A stretch of 64,000 nucleotides of DNA from Bacteroidota bacterium (GCA_018267055.1 JAFDZF010000061.1:24739-88738); one strand, 5' to 3'; positions 51,163 to 60,782 are shown, numbered from the stretch's first letter. Notes: generated by a model from the letters alone, not told the origin. Numbers and translations: made by a program.

Positions 51163-51915
51163 TCAGGCGCGCAGGGCGTCCTTGAGGAAGCCGGGCAGCA
51201 GGGACTTCAGCCGGTACCGGCCCAGCAGGCGCTTGTACTCGGGCAGGTTCTCGCGGTAGGAACGGGCCAGGAACTCGTCCGCATGCACCATGGCGGGATC
51301 GAAGAACAGCCCGAAGACGGAGCGCTCGAGCTTCACCGGCAGAAAGGGGACGCCCTCCCGGCCGAGCCCGCGCACGATGTCCATCAATGCAGGGAAGACG
51401 ATGTAGAGATCATGGAACAGGATGACGCCGCCCTCGGCCAGGCGCGAGCGGCACAGCGCATGGTCGCGCAGCACGGCGGCGCGCGTGTGCTCGCCATCGA
51501 TGAACGCGAGGTGCAGCGGGCGGGCCAGCTGGTCGCGGGGCACGTCCTTCGAATCCATGTCGAAGGTCCTGATCTTCTCCACGGACCCTTCGCCCATGCC
51601 GCGGAGGTTCTGCAGCATCCGCTCGGTGCTGTTGTCCTTGAAGGCCTTCACGAAATCCTTGCCCCGGTCGTCCGGCGCGGTCTGGGGACGCAGGTCGATG
51701 GAGTCGATATGGGCGCAGCGCGGGTCGCGCACGTGCGGCTGCAGGCTCCCGCCCAGGTGCGAGCCGATCTCCAGGTAGTTGTACGCGCCGAACCGCCGGG
51801 CCACGGCGCGCTGCACCGCGAGGAGCGATCGTTTTTCCGCGTCGGAGGTCTGCGAGGGGACGACGTCGAAGACGGAAAGGTCCAGGCCGTCGATCCGTTC
51901 GGTGATGGGGCGCAT
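51163..51915 (-). CDS. Class I SAM-dependent methyltransferase (Methyltransf_24-like)
   Basis: YLEIGSHLGGS and AFIDGEHT...GGVILFHD. Start at the internal ATG 51915. The upstream part of the 562-aa track ORF is antisense to the next gene. Confidence 0.65.
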   Translation of the reverse strand: MRPITERIDGLDLSVFDVVPSQTSDAEKRSLLAVQRAVARRFGAYNYLEIGSHLGGSLQPHVRDPRCAHIDSIDLRPQTAPDDRGKDFVKAFKDNSTERMLQNLRGMGEGSVEKIRTFDMDSKDVPRDQLARPLHLAFIDGEHTRAAVLRDHALCRSRLAEGGVILFHDLYIVFPALMDIVRGLGREGVPFLPVKLERSVFGLFFDPAMVHADEFLARSYRENLPEYKRLLGRYRLKSLLPGFLKDALRA

Positions 51916-52002
51916 GCGGGGCGTGCGGAAAACGAGGCGGAAGATAGACAGGATCCCCCGTGCCCCCCGATGGGAAGGCCCGTCTACCTTCGCCCGCAAC
52001 GC

Positions 52003-53280
52003 ATGCGGACCGGCGAACACCTGCTCATCGTCAGCCATACGTTCCCCCCCTATCGCGGCATCGGCGGGCGGCGCTGGGCCAAGTTCGCCAAGGAGCTGGC
52101 GCGGCGGGGGTACATCGTGCACGTGGTCCACAGCGCGGGCGGCGATGACCTCAAGGGCTCGCTGTGGACGGACGATATCGCGCATCCCGGCATCCGGCCG
52201 CATCCGCTGCCGCAGCGCTACCCCTCGGTGCTGTTCAAGCGGCCGCTCACGTCCTTCCGCGAGAAGGTGATGTACCGGGTGTGGCGGCGCCTGCTCCCCC
52301 TGGTGACGCGCGGCAACTGGCTGGACAAGGGCGTGCGCTGGCGCGGCATGCTGGTGCGGAAGGCGAGCGCGCTGATCGAGGCGCACGGCATCCGCAACGT
52401 GGTGGTCACCGGGGCTCCGTTCAGCCTGATGGCGCACCTCACGGAGCTCCGCACCCGGCATCTCGCTGTGAACCTGGTCGCGGACTTCCGCGACCCGTGG
52501 ACCTGGGGCGACTACTATGGCCAGGGCCTGCTGGGCGAAGCACGCATCGCCGTGGAGCGCGCGCACGAGGCCGCCGTGGCCCGCACCTACGACCGCCTCC
52601 TCTCCCCCGCCCCCAGCATCGTGGAGCATCTCCGCGCCACCTATGGCGGTCCGCCGGAACGTTACCTGCGCATCCCCCACGCGATCGACCCGGAGGAGAT
52701 CGGCACCCACCCCGCTCCTCCCGCCGACGGCCGCTTCCGGATGATCTATGCGGGCAGCCTCTACGGCGCGCAGGAGGCCGAAGCCTATTTCGAGGAGGTG
52801 CTGAAGGCCTTCGAAGCGCTCCGCCGGGACCGCCCCGACCGCTTCCCGCACGTACAGCTAGACCTCTTCATCACCGGCCACGACACTTCGGCCTATGCCG
52901 CACGCGTGGCGGAGCGCGGATTGGTGGAGCACATCCGCTTCCATGCGCCGCTGCCGGCGAAGGACATCTTCCCGCATATCGCTGCGGCCGACCTGGTGCT
53001 CATCTTCATCCCCACGGCGAACAAGGATTTCCTCGGCACCAAGTTCACCGAGATCTTCCACTTAAGGCGACCCGTGCTGCACGTAGGCGTCCCGGGCTTC
53101 GTGAGCACGACCATCACCGGGAAGCGGCTGGGCGGCTCCATCCGGGTGGAAGAGGTGGCCCGGGAACTGCCGCGCATCCTCAGCGGCGAGCGCACCATCA
53201 CCCTTGATCCCACGGTGGACCTGAGCGAGCACCTGCTGGCCACCATCACCGACCGCTTGCTGGCCGAGGTGCTGCGCTAG
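52003..53280 (+). CDS. Glycosyltransferase (GT-B fold, GT4-like)
   Basis: LLIVSHTFPPYRGIGGRRWAKFAKELARRGYIVHVV N-terminal pattern. Alternative ATG at 51970. It is the only plus-strand gene in this block. Confidence 0.65.
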   Translation: MRTGEHLLIVSHTFPPYRGIGGRRWAKFAKELARRGYIVHVVHSAGGDDLKGSLWTDDIAHPGIRPHPLPQRYPSVLFKRPLTSFREKVMYRVWRRLLPLVTRGNWLDKGVRWRGMLVRKASALIEAHGIRNVVVTGAPFSLMAHLTELRTRHLAVNLVADFRDPWTWGDYYGQGLLGEARIAVERAHEAAVARTYDRLLSPAPSIVEHLRATYGGPPERYLRIPHAIDPEEIGTHPAPPADGRFRMIYAGSLYGAQEAEAYFEEVLKAFEALRRDRPDRFPHVQLDLFITGHDTSAYAARVAERGLVEHIRFHAPLPAKDIFPHIAAADLVLIFIPTANKDFLGTKFTEIFHLRRPVLHVGVPGFVSTTITGKRLGGSIRVEEVARELPRILSGERTITLDPTVDLSEHLLATITDRLLAEVLR

Positions 53281-54503
53281 CCGGGCACGGCCACTTCGCG
53301 CAGCAGCCGGAGGGTCTTCTCCGTGGCCACCGGCCAACTGAACAGCTCGCGCACCCGATCGAAGCTGGCCTGTCCCATGCGCGCACGGATGTCGGGCCGG
53401 CGCTCCGCGAAGGCGAGCAGGGCGTCCGTCAGTGCGGCCGCATCCCCGGGCGGAAGCAGGTAGCCGTTGTGCATGTCCACCAGCTCGCGGGTGGCGCCCA
53501 CGTCGCTCACGAAGACGGGCTTGGCCTGGGCCATGGCCTCGAGCACCACGGTGGGCATGCCCTCGAACCGCGTGGGCAGCAGCAGGGCATCGCATGCCCG
53601 ATAGAGCGCGCGCAGGCGGTCATCGTCCACCCGTCCGAGCAGCTCCACGTTCACCGGCAGGCCCGCCTGCTGGTAGGCGGCGAGCAGGGGACCGTCGCCC
53701 GCCAGCTGGAACCGGAAGCGATCACCCCGGCCTTCCGCCACGAGGCGCCGGGCCACGTCCATCAGCACGTCCAGGCCCTTGTTGAAGGCGAAGCGGCCCA
53801 CGAACAGGATCCGCAAGGGCTCCGTCGCGGACCGCGATGGCAGCGGCGGAGGCGCTGCGGGCACATCCACGGCGTTCGGCACCACCACGATCCGGGGCAC
53901 GGCACCGTTCACGAGCGCCTGCAGGATGCCGGTGAGCCGGCCGCCGAGCGAGATGCAGGCCGCGCTGTGCCGCACGATGTACGCCAGCGACCAGCGGAAA
54001 GGCGCGCCCAGCAGCCGCTCCTTCCGGGTGATGCCCTGGAACATCTCCAGGCCATGCGGATGCACCACCAGGCGGTCCCGGTGGCGGGCGATGCCCTTCC
54101 ACACGCAGAAGCCCTGGGAGAGGATGACGTCCGGCCGGAGCGTGTCCAGCGCCTGGTCCATGCGCCCGCTGTAGCGCCAGAGTTCGCGCAGGTACAGCCC
54201 GCGGGGATCGATCGGCGCCACCGGCACTTCGGTGATGCCCAGGGAAGGATCGAAGACGCCCGCCGCGTGCGGATGCAGCACGGTGAGCTGCACCTGTCCG
54301 CTGCGCGCCAGGTGCTCCGCGAGCAGGCGCGAATGCCGCTGCATGCCGCCCACCGCATGTGGGAAAAGACCGTCGGTGCAAAGGGCTACGCGCACGGGAA
54401 GGATGCTGTGGATGCGCGCGAGGAGGAGCGGCGGATCGTCCGCACCGGGCCCATCGTCCGCATCGCCTTCATCGTCCTTGCAGCAAGGTGGCCACACCGG
54501 CAT
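53277..54503 (-). CDS. Glycosyltransferase family 4
   Basis: GGMQRHSRLLAEHL..., and RFEGMPTVVLEAMAQAKPVFVSDVGATRELV (EX7E). The start is uncertain. ATG 54503 overlaps the upstream gene by 35 nt; GTG 54395 (VRVALCTDG) is the alternative. Confidence 0.8.
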   Translation of the reverse strand: MPVWPPCCKDDEGDADDGPGADDPPLLLARIHSILPVRVALCTDGLFPHAVGGMQRHSRLLAEHLARSGQVQLTVLHPHAAGVFDPSLGITEVPVAPIDPRGLYLRELWRYSGRMDQALDTLRPDVILSQGFCVWKGIARHRDRLVVHPHGLEMFQGITRKERLLGAPFRWSLAYIVRHSAACISLGGRLTGILQALVNGAVPRIVVVPNAVDVPAAPPPLPSRSATEPLRILFVGRFAFNKGLDVLMDVARRLVAEGRGDRFRFQLAGDGPLLAAYQQAGLPVNVELLGRVDDDRLRALYRACDALLLPTRFEGMPTVVLEAMAQAKPVFVSDVGATRELVDMHNGYLLPPGDAAALTDALLAFAERRPDIRARMGQASFDRVRELFSWPVATEKTLRLLREVAVPG

Positions 54504-55392
54504 CGATGCTCCACTGCGGCTCCCAGCCCGTGGCCTGCTTGAGCTTGCGCACGTCGGCGAGCAGGTGCGGGCGCTCCACCTTGCGCACGCGCGCCGGGTC
54601 CACCTCGATCCGCAGCTCTTCGCCGAGCTGGCGCTGGAAGGCCTCCACCACCTCACGCACGCTGTACTCGATGCCGCGGCCGATGTTGAACACCTCGAAG
54701 CCTTGCAGCGCCTTGTCCAGCAAGGCGCCCATCGCACGGCCCATGTCGGCGGTGTGGATGTAATCGCGCTTGGGGTCGAGGTTGCCGAGCTTCAGGGTAC
54801 GGGCACCGGCCAGCACCTGGCGCTGGATCTCGGGAAAGAGGTGCGGGTTGGTCTCGTTGGGGCCGAAAGCATTGAAGAACCGGCCGACCACCACCGGGAT
54901 GCGGCTGCGCAGGTGGAACTCGCTCGCGATCTTCTCAGTGGCCAGCTTCGTGGTGCCGTAGATGTCCATCGGTCCCAACGGATGCTCCTCGCCCAGCGCA
55001 CCTTCGGCCACGGGATAGACCGCGGCGGTGCTGGCCACGAACACCTGTTCCAGGCTGCCCTTGCTCCCCGCCGTGTCCAGCACGTTGATGGTGCCGTTGA
55101 TGTTGATGTCCGCGGCCTCGGCCGGGTGCTGGTTGCAATAGGGGATGAAATGGACGGCGGCCAGGTGCAGCACCCAGTTGGGACGGGTGGCGTCCATCAC
55201 CTGCTGCACGGCATCGCGGTGCCGGATGTCCACCTGGAAGAAGCGCGCATCGGGCACACCGGCCAGGGCCCGCTTGCCGAAGGAAAGGTCGTCGAGGACG
55301 AAGACCTCGTGGCCGGCCTCCTGGAGCTGTGCGCTGAGGGCCGACCCGATGAAGCCGGCACCGCCGGTGATGAGGACCTTCTTCGGCATCAT
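54469..55392 (-). CDS. NAD-dependent epimerase/dehydratase (GalE-like SDR)
   Basis: [20 protein letters not shown], and YGTTKLATE (YxxxK). Start at ATG 55392. Confidence 0.8.
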   Translation of the reverse strand: MMPKKVLITGGAGFIGSALSAQLQEAGHEVFVLDDLSFGKRALAGVPDARFFQVDIRHRDAVQQVMDATRPNWVLHLAAVHFIPYCNQHPAEAADININGTINVLDTAGSKGSLEQVFVASTAAVYPVAEGALGEEHPLGPMDIYGTTKLATEKIASEFHLRSRIPVVVGRFFNAFGPNETNPHLFPEIQRQVLAGARTLKLGNLDPKRDYIHTADMGRAMGALLDKALQGFEVFNIGRGIEYSVREVVEAFQRQLGEELRIEVDPARVRKVERPHLLADVRKLKQATGWEPQWSIDAGVATLLQGR

Positions 55393-55438
55393 GGATCCCG
55401 CCTGGCGGCGGACAGGCGCGAAAGTAGGCCGGTCGCGC

Positions 55439-56578
55439 TCAGCTGGCCATCGCTTTCCGCACGGCCGCATAGTCGGCCTCGAAGGCCTGCTTGGTGAACC
55501 GCTGCCGGGCGTACCGCTGGAGCCGCTCCTTTTCCCCGGGCAGCACCTTCTGCAGCACGGGCGGCCCGGAGCCGGGGTCGAACACCAGGCCCAGGTCATC
55601 GGCCTCCACCTGCGCGCTGAAGTCGCCGAGCCGCGGGGAAATGATGATGCGCAGGCCGGCCGCCAGGTACTCGGCGAACTTGGTCGGCGAAGCCACGCGG
55701 TTGGTCACCGTGTCCTCGCGCACCAGGATGCCGTGGTCGCCGGCGCAAAGCACCTGCTGCACCGCGTCCGGCGAAAGCCAGGAGCAGTGGATCCGTCCGG
55801 GGAACGCTTCGGCCAGGGCATCCACTTCGGCCGCGCGGCGGCTGAGGAACACGACATGGGCCCGGGGATCCGCGTGCAGGGCCCGGGTCAGCAACGCTTT
55901 CAGCAGCGCGAAGGACTGCCATCCGGCGACGGAGCCGGAATAGACCAGCAGCACCGCATCCGGCGGGATGCCGGCGGCAGTGGTCCAGGCGGACGCATCC
56001 GTCGCAGGGATCCGTTCATGGTCCTTCCCCAAGGTGCAGGGGATCACCACGTGGTCCTCTCCCCGGTATCCGTAGCGCTCCCGCCAATGGTCCACCAGGG
56101 CATGGCTCACCGCGATGCGAAGGTCGCTCCGGCCCACGGCCGCTTCTTCCAGCGGCCGGAACCCGGCGATCAAGGCCGCGTCATCGATGATGCGGTATTC
56201 CTCCCACTCCGCCGCGTAGGCGCCCCGGCCGTCGAAGCATACCCGCCGGACGAGCCCGCGGTCGCGCATGCGCAGGGCCATCCACGTCGCCATCACGCCG
56301 CGGGCGATGATGCCCGTGGGGCGCAGCAGGCGGCACACCGCGGCCAGGACGGGGATGTTCCATTTCCAACGGCGCATGGTGGGCACCATCGGCAGCACCC
56401 AGGCCGAAGGGCTGTGCGCCTTGATCGCGCGTCGCGTCCGCCGGAAACCGCGCGCGCTGACGAAGGCCACCAGCCGCACACGCCCCCCGCCCGGCGTGTC
56501 CAGGTGCGCGACCACGTCGGTCACCTGGCTCCAGTAGACGCCGCTCGGCTGGTCGTTGTAGGTGAGGTACAGGATCAC
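55439..56578 (-). CDS. Putative glycosyltransferase (GT-B-like)
   Basis: Size and position in the locus, plus the C-terminal ASPTKFAEYLAAGLRIIISP pattern resembling the GT1/GT4 acceptor half. This is a weak motif-level call. Confidence 0.5.
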   Translation of the reverse strand: MILYLTYNDQPSGVYWSQVTDVVAHLDTPGGGRVRLVAFVSARGFRRTRRAIKAHSPSAWVLPMVPTMRRWKWNIPVLAAVCRLLRPTGIIARGVMATWMALRMRDRGLVRRVCFDGRGAYAAEWEEYRIIDDAALIAGFRPLEEAAVGRSDLRIAVSHALVDHWRERYGYRGEDHVVIPCTLGKDHERIPATDASAWTTAAGIPPDAVLLVYSGSVAGWQSFALLKALLTRALHADPRAHVVFLSRRAAEVDALAEAFPGRIHCSWLSPDAVQQVLCAGDHGILVREDTVTNRVASPTKFAEYLAAGLRIIISPRLGDFSAQVEADDLGLVFDPGSGPPVLQKVLPGEKERLQRYARQRFTKQAFEADYAAVRKAMAS

Positions 56579-57666
56579 AGCACGCGGTCAAGAACGTCGA
56601 ACACCCGTTCCGTGGCGTGCCCGTCCCAGAGCGGGGGCACCGTGCCCGGCTTGAAGCGGCCCGAGCGGATGCGGCCGATGGCATCGGCCAGGCGGTCCAG
56701 GTCGAGGTCGATCAGCTCGTTGGTGCCGGCGGTGATGGTGATGGGCCGCTCGGTGTTGGGCCGCAGGGTGAGGCAGGGGATCCGGCGGTAGGTGGTCTCT
56801 TCCTGGATGCCGCCGCTGTCGGTGATGACGAAGGCGCAGGTGGCGATGAGCTTCTGGAAGCCGAAGTAGTCCATGGGCTCATGCATCCGCACGTTCTTCA
56901 GGCCGGAGAAGCGCTCCAGCAGGCCGTAGCGGGCCAAGTTGGCGGTGGTGCGCGGGTGCACGGGGAAGACCACGGGATGCTCCCGGGCCACGAAGGCCAC
57001 CAAGTCCACGAGGCGGGCCAGCTGTTCGGGCACGTCCACGGTGGCGGGGCGATGGATGGTCATCAGCACATGCCCGCCGGTGCCGAGGCGCAGCTCCTCC
57101 AGCACGGGCGACGCCTGGATCCGGTCCTCGTAGGCCACGAGGGTATCGATCATGGTGTTGCCCGTGAAATGGATGCGCGCGGGGTCGCGGCCTTCCGCCT
57201 TCAAGTGGTCGATGCCGCTCTGCTCGGTCACGAAGAACGCATCGGTGATGCGGTCGGTGAGGATGCGGTTGATCTCCTCCGGCATGCCCGTATCGCCGCT
57301 GCGCAGGCCGCTTTCCAGGTGCGCCAGCGGCAGGCCCATCTTGTTGGCCACCAGCGCGCCGGCCAGGGTGCTGTTCACGTCGCCCACCACCATCAGCATA
57401 TGTGGGCGCTCTTCGGCGGCCACGCCGGCGAGGGCGGCCATGATGTGGCCCATCTGCACGGCGGGTGCGCCGGGCGGCGTATCCAGCCAGTGGTCGGGGG
57501 CCAGGCCGAACTGCTCGAAGAAGACCGTGCTCATCCGGTCGTCGAAGTGCTGGCCGGTGTGGACCAGCCGCACGTCGATGCCGCCACGGGCCGCGGCCAC
57601 GTGCTTGAAGCGGGTGACCTTGATGAAATTGGGCCGGGTGCCCACCACCACCATCAGCTTCCTCAT
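56575..57666 (-). CDS. wecB: UDP-N-acetylglucosamine 2-epimerase (non-hydrolysing)
   Basis: VVGTRPNFIK, HLESGLRS, and ITDSGGIQEE. Start at the internal ATG 57666. ATGA overlap with the upstream gene. Confidence 0.9.
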   Translation of the reverse strand: MRKLMVVVGTRPNFIKVTRFKHVAAARGGIDVRLVHTGQHFDDRMSTVFFEQFGLAPDHWLDTPPGAPAVQMGHIMAALAGVAAEERPHMLMVVGDVNSTLAGALVANKMGLPLAHLESGLRSGDTGMPEEINRILTDRITDAFFVTEQSGIDHLKAEGRDPARIHFTGNTMIDTLVAYEDRIQASPVLEELRLGTGGHVLMTIHRPATVDVPEQLARLVDLVAFVAREHPVVFPVHPRTTANLARYGLLERFSGLKNVRMHEPMDYFGFQKLIATCAFVITDSGGIQEETTYRRIPCLTLRPNTERPITITAGTNELIDLDLDRLADAIGRIRSGRFKPGTVPPLWDGHATERVFDVLDRVL

Positions 57667-58256
57667 CCGAGCACGGGCTTCTGGCTGCGGGTGGCGATGA
57701 TGTATTCGCGGGAGCCGGTGTCGCTGATCTTCCGCGCGGGCGCCCCGGCGATGGTCATGTTGCCTTCGGGGAACGAGCGGTTCACCACGCTGTTGGCACC
57801 GATGGCCGTGTCGGGCCCGATGACGATGTCGCCGAAGATCTTGCTGCCGGGCCCGATGTAGCAGTTGTCGCCGATGGAGGGCACGCGTTCCTCGGGGCCG
57901 GGGCGGGTCCCGATCACCACGTCCACGTGGAGGCGGCAGTTGGCCCCCACCCGCGCGTCGGGATGCACCACGATGGTGCCGCGGTGCGCGATGCTGAGCC
58001 CGGGACCGAAGACGTTGGGCGGGATGTCGAACCCGCAGCGCACGCTCTGGGCATGGAACCGCAGCGAGTACCACTTGTGCAGCAGCCGCCAGAACGGGCC
58101 CCGGTGCTTCTTGCAGTTGGTGAGGTACTCCACCCGGCGGAGCAGCCGCTGGAACTTCCACACCTCATCGTAGATCAGGTGCACGCTGTAGGTGCGCCGC
58201 AGGGCGATGCGGTCCGCCTCGCGGTAGTCGAGCATGTCCTGGTGCGAGGCGATCAT
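57663..58256 (-). CDS. Hexapeptide-repeat (LbH) O-acetyltransferase, serine-acetyltransferase-like
   Basis: Hexapeptide repeats: IGDNCYIGPGSKIFGDIVIGPDTAIGANSVV. Confidence 0.8.
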   Translation of the reverse strand: MIASHQDMLDYREADRIALRRTYSVHLIYDEVWKFQRLLRRVEYLTNCKKHRGPFWRLLHKWYSLRFHAQSVRCGFDIPPNVFGPGLSIAHRGTIVVHPDARVGANCRLHVDVVIGTRPGPEERVPSIGDNCYIGPGSKIFGDIVIGPDTAIGANSVVNRSFPEGNMTIAGAPARKISDTGSREYIIATRSQKPVLG

Positions 58257-59191
58257 GGGCGCTTGCCCCGCACCACGCCGAGCAGGCGCTCCGTGGTGGC
58301 GAAGCCGAACAAGTTATGGAAGAGGGCATAGCGCTCCGTGATGGCGCGCCCCACTTCCGGGGTGAAGCCGCGGCCGATGCTGCGGCGATACTCGGCCACG
58401 GCCTTCCCGCGGTCGTGCGGGGCCACGATGCGCAGCGCCATGAAGATGTACTGCCGCAGGGCCTCGATCTCCGCGGCATGGGCATCGGCCCCCAGCGCGG
58501 TGAGGTGGTCCTTGATGGCGCGCCGCAGGGCGATGTAACGGTCCCAGTTCTCCATCACGTCGGTGCGGCTGATGGAGCCGGTGGCCCGCTTGAGCACCCG
58601 CGTGCGGATGTGGCGGTCCCAGGCAACGCGCGCCCCGCCCTTCAGCAGGCGGAACGCCAGTTCATAGTCCTGGCTGCTGGCCAGCTGCTCGTTCCAGCCG
58701 CCCGCCCGCTCCAGCGCCGCGCGCCCCCACAAATTGGCGCTGGTGGTGCCCAGCCGGGTGCGGATCAGCGCCATCCAGGGCCGGTCGTACAGGGCCAGGG
58801 CGGGCAGCAGCAGGCCGTCGGGCATCACCTGCTCGAAATCGCCCACCACCAGGTCGGGCCGGCCGTTGGCCTCCGCCAGGGCCACCTGCGCAGCGATCTT
58901 GTCGGGGTCCAGCCGGTCGTCCGCATCGAGGAACTGCACGTACGCGCCTTCGGTGGCGGCCAGGCCGGCGTTGCGCGCGGCGGACGCCCCCCGGTTGGGC
59001 TGCTCGATGCTGCGGAGCCGGCCGGAGGACCGGCGGACGTGCTCCGCGATGACGGCCCGGGTGGCGTCGGTGCTGCCGTCGTCCACGCAGACCACGTCCA
59101 GGTCGGCGTGCGTCTGGGCGAACACCGAGGCGAGGGCCTGGGGCAGGTGTTCAGCGACGTTGAAGCAGGGGATGACGACGGCGACCCGCAT
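58253..59191 (-). CDS. Glycosyltransferase family 2
   Basis: VVIPCFNVAEHL, VDDGSTD, and FLDADD (DxD). Confidence 0.9.
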   Translation of the reverse strand: MRVAVVIPCFNVAEHLPQALASVFAQTHADLDVVCVDDGSTDATRAVIAEHVRRSSGRLRSIEQPNRGASAARNAGLAATEGAYVQFLDADDRLDPDKIAAQVALAEANGRPDLVVGDFEQVMPDGLLLPALALYDRPWMALIRTRLGTTSANLWGRAALERAGGWNEQLASSQDYELAFRLLKGGARVAWDRHIRTRVLKRATGSISRTDVMENWDRYIALRRAIKDHLTALGADAHAAEIEALRQYIFMALRIVAPHDRGKAVAEYRRSIGRGFTPEVGRAITERYALFHNLFGFATTERLLGVVRGKRP

Positions 59192-59266
59192 GGGCGGCGA
59201 AAGTAGGCCTTGGTCCGGCTGCCGGACCTCATGACCGGTACCCCGCCGTTCGTGGTGGATCGGCCG

Positions 59267-59755
59267 CTAATGCCCTTCCGTGGTGGACGGCTCCCGATCG
59301 GTCCGTCTCCCCCGCCCCAGCGCCGCTGCCAGCACGAACAGCAGCGGCACGGGGTACTGGAGCATGTGGAGCACCTGCACCGAGACGCGCTCCAGGGCCG
59401 GCACCCAGTGCGCCAGCCCATGCAGGACCAGCGCCAGCACCGCGAAGGCGATGGTCGCCAGCAGGATCGCGCGGGCGTGCCGGAAGGAACCGAAACACGT
59501 CCGCGCCAAGGCGATGGTGAGCCCGCACATGGCAGCGATGAAGGCGCAGGCCAGCGCCCACTTCAGCACCAGCAGCCCACGCAGGCCCAGGCCGCCCGTC
59601 CATCCCTGGAAGAGCGAGTGCGCATAGGAGAAGGCCGTGTGCCGCGCCACATGGTCGAGCTGGTAGTTCAGGTTGAGGAAGAGGAACTCGCGCAGCGCGC
59701 CCAGGGCCACGCCGGCCAGTATCAGCAAGAGCACCAGGCCGCGGCGCGCGCTCAT
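59267..59755 (-). CDS. Exosortase F system-associated membrane protein
   Basis: 162 aa with four hydrophobic helices, translationally coupled (ATGA) directly downstream of xrtF. This is the invariant genomic partner position. Confidence 0.65.
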   Translation of the reverse strand: MSARRGLVLLLILAGVALGALREFLFLNLNYQLDHVARHTAFSYAHSLFQGWTGGLGLRGLLVLKWALACAFIAAMCGLTIALARTCFGSFRHARAILLATIAFAVLALVLHGLAHWVPALERVSVQVLHMLQYPVPLLFVLAAALGRGRRTDREPSTTEGH

Positions 59756-60306
59756 GGCCGGGGCCGGGCGGCCGGAGCGAAGCGTTTCACCCACACGTAC
59801 CAGAGCAGGAAGACCCAGCCATAGACGATGACATAGAAGGTATAGTCGTGGTTGAAGTTCAGCCACTCGTAATCGATGCGCACGATGATGCAGAGGGCCG
59901 CCACGCGCAAGGCGTTCACCAGGTGGATGGACAGCAGGCCCAAGGCGCCGAACCAGAGCTTGTGCCTCCAGGGGCCCGCATAGGCGATGAGGAAGACCAG
60001 GAACACGGCGAAGAGGCCCACCCCGTTGCAGGGATCGCCGATCCAGAGCAGGTGCCCGCCCTCGACCCCGATGGTGCGGAGCTGCTCCGCGTTGGCCGGT
60101 TCGGGGATGAGGGTGTAGCCGAGCGCGCGCAGGATGGCGCCGGACCACCGGATGAGCTGGTCGATGACGGCCCGGTCGAGGGCGCCCCAGGGATGGAGCA
60201 CCAAGGCATAGAGCAGGTACCAGCCGGCATAGAGCGCGGCCGACAATAGAAGGAAGCGGACGAGCGGGTCACGTCCCGCCGAGGCAGGGGACGCGTGGGC
60301 GGGCAT
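59752..60306 (-). CDS. xrtF: Exosortase family protein XrtF
   Basis: 184 aa, polytopic, with candidate catalytic residues Cys (IGDPCNG), Arg (VNALRV) and His (NFNHD) in exosortase order. Short Bacteroidota-type form. Start at the internal ATG 60306. Confidence 0.8.
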   Translation of the reverse strand: MPAHASPASAGRDPLVRFLLLSAALYAGWYLLYALVLHPWGALDRAVIDQLIRWSGAILRALGYTLIPEPANAEQLRTIGVEGGHLLWIGDPCNGVGLFAVFLVFLIAYAGPWRHKLWFGALGLLSIHLVNALRVAALCIIVRIDYEWLNFNHDYTFYVIVYGWVFLLWYVWVKRFAPAARPRP

Positions 60307-60554
60307 CAAAGCACGCGCTTGCGGGCCTGCCCGCCGGACAGGCGGGCACGTCGGGCATCCAGGGCCTTCTTGCCGCCGAGCAGTACGCCAGCGCCGATCA
60401 GCAGGGAAAGACCGCCGTCGATGGGGATGCAGGGCGGGGGCCAGCAGGGCGGCTGACCACCGACGGGAGGCCCGCCCGTCTGGGCGAGCAAGGAGCCCAT
60501 GAAGGGAACGGCTGCGAACAGCAGTACCAGGGTCGCACGGGATACCGTCCTCAT
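60306..60554 (-). CDS. 82-aa pre-protein: signal peptide + Pro/Cys-rich 20-mer + PIDGG-TM-basic C-terminal sorting-like signal
   Basis: MRTVSRATLVLLFAAVPFMGSLLAQ | TGGPPVGGQPPCWPPPC | IPIDGG-LSLLIGAGVLLGG-KKALDARRARL... About 80% G/C at third codon positions. Its stop overlaps the xrtF start (TGATG). Confidence 0.6.
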   Translation of the reverse strand: MRTVSRATLVLLFAAVPFMGSLLAQTGGPPVGGQPPCWPPPCIPIDGGLSLLIGAGVLLGGKKALDARRARLSGGQARKRVL

Positions 60555-60579
60555 GGTCGCTAGAGCAATGTGAGCGTGC

Positions 60580-60587
60580 CAAATGTA
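60580..60587 (-). promoter_or_regulatory. Candidate -7 promoter box TACATTTG for the mini-ORF/xrtF operon
   Basis: Exact TAnnTTTG match on the minus strand, 26-33 nt upstream of ATG 60554. Confidence 0.4.
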
Positions 60588-60782
60588 GAAAGATCACCGA
60601 ACGGACTTCCAGCGGCCCGTGCTCATTTCTATCAACGATCCCCAGGCCCCGCGGGCGCCCGGGCCCGGGCACGTCGCGATCGGCCCGCGGCGAGGCGCGA
60701 TGCATATATTCGCAGCCTTCCAAGAAAGCGGCACCGGGCGCTGGCGGCAGCGGCGCAGGCGCCTCCCCCCGAAGCGAGCACT

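Noticed and set aside
60690-60720. TATATTCG upstream of wzc as a -7 promoter box.
   Set aside because: It has one mismatch to TAnnTTTG at a conserved T and lies about 75 nt from the ATG. That is too weak to call as a feature.
59752-60723. The 323-aa form of the xrtF ORF, extending 417 nt upstream.
   Set aside because: The extension is Arg/Pro-rich nonsense and crosses the promoter-like spacer. The exosortase TM core begins right after ATG 60306, and the alternative frame there encodes a clean signal-peptide/TM mini-protein.
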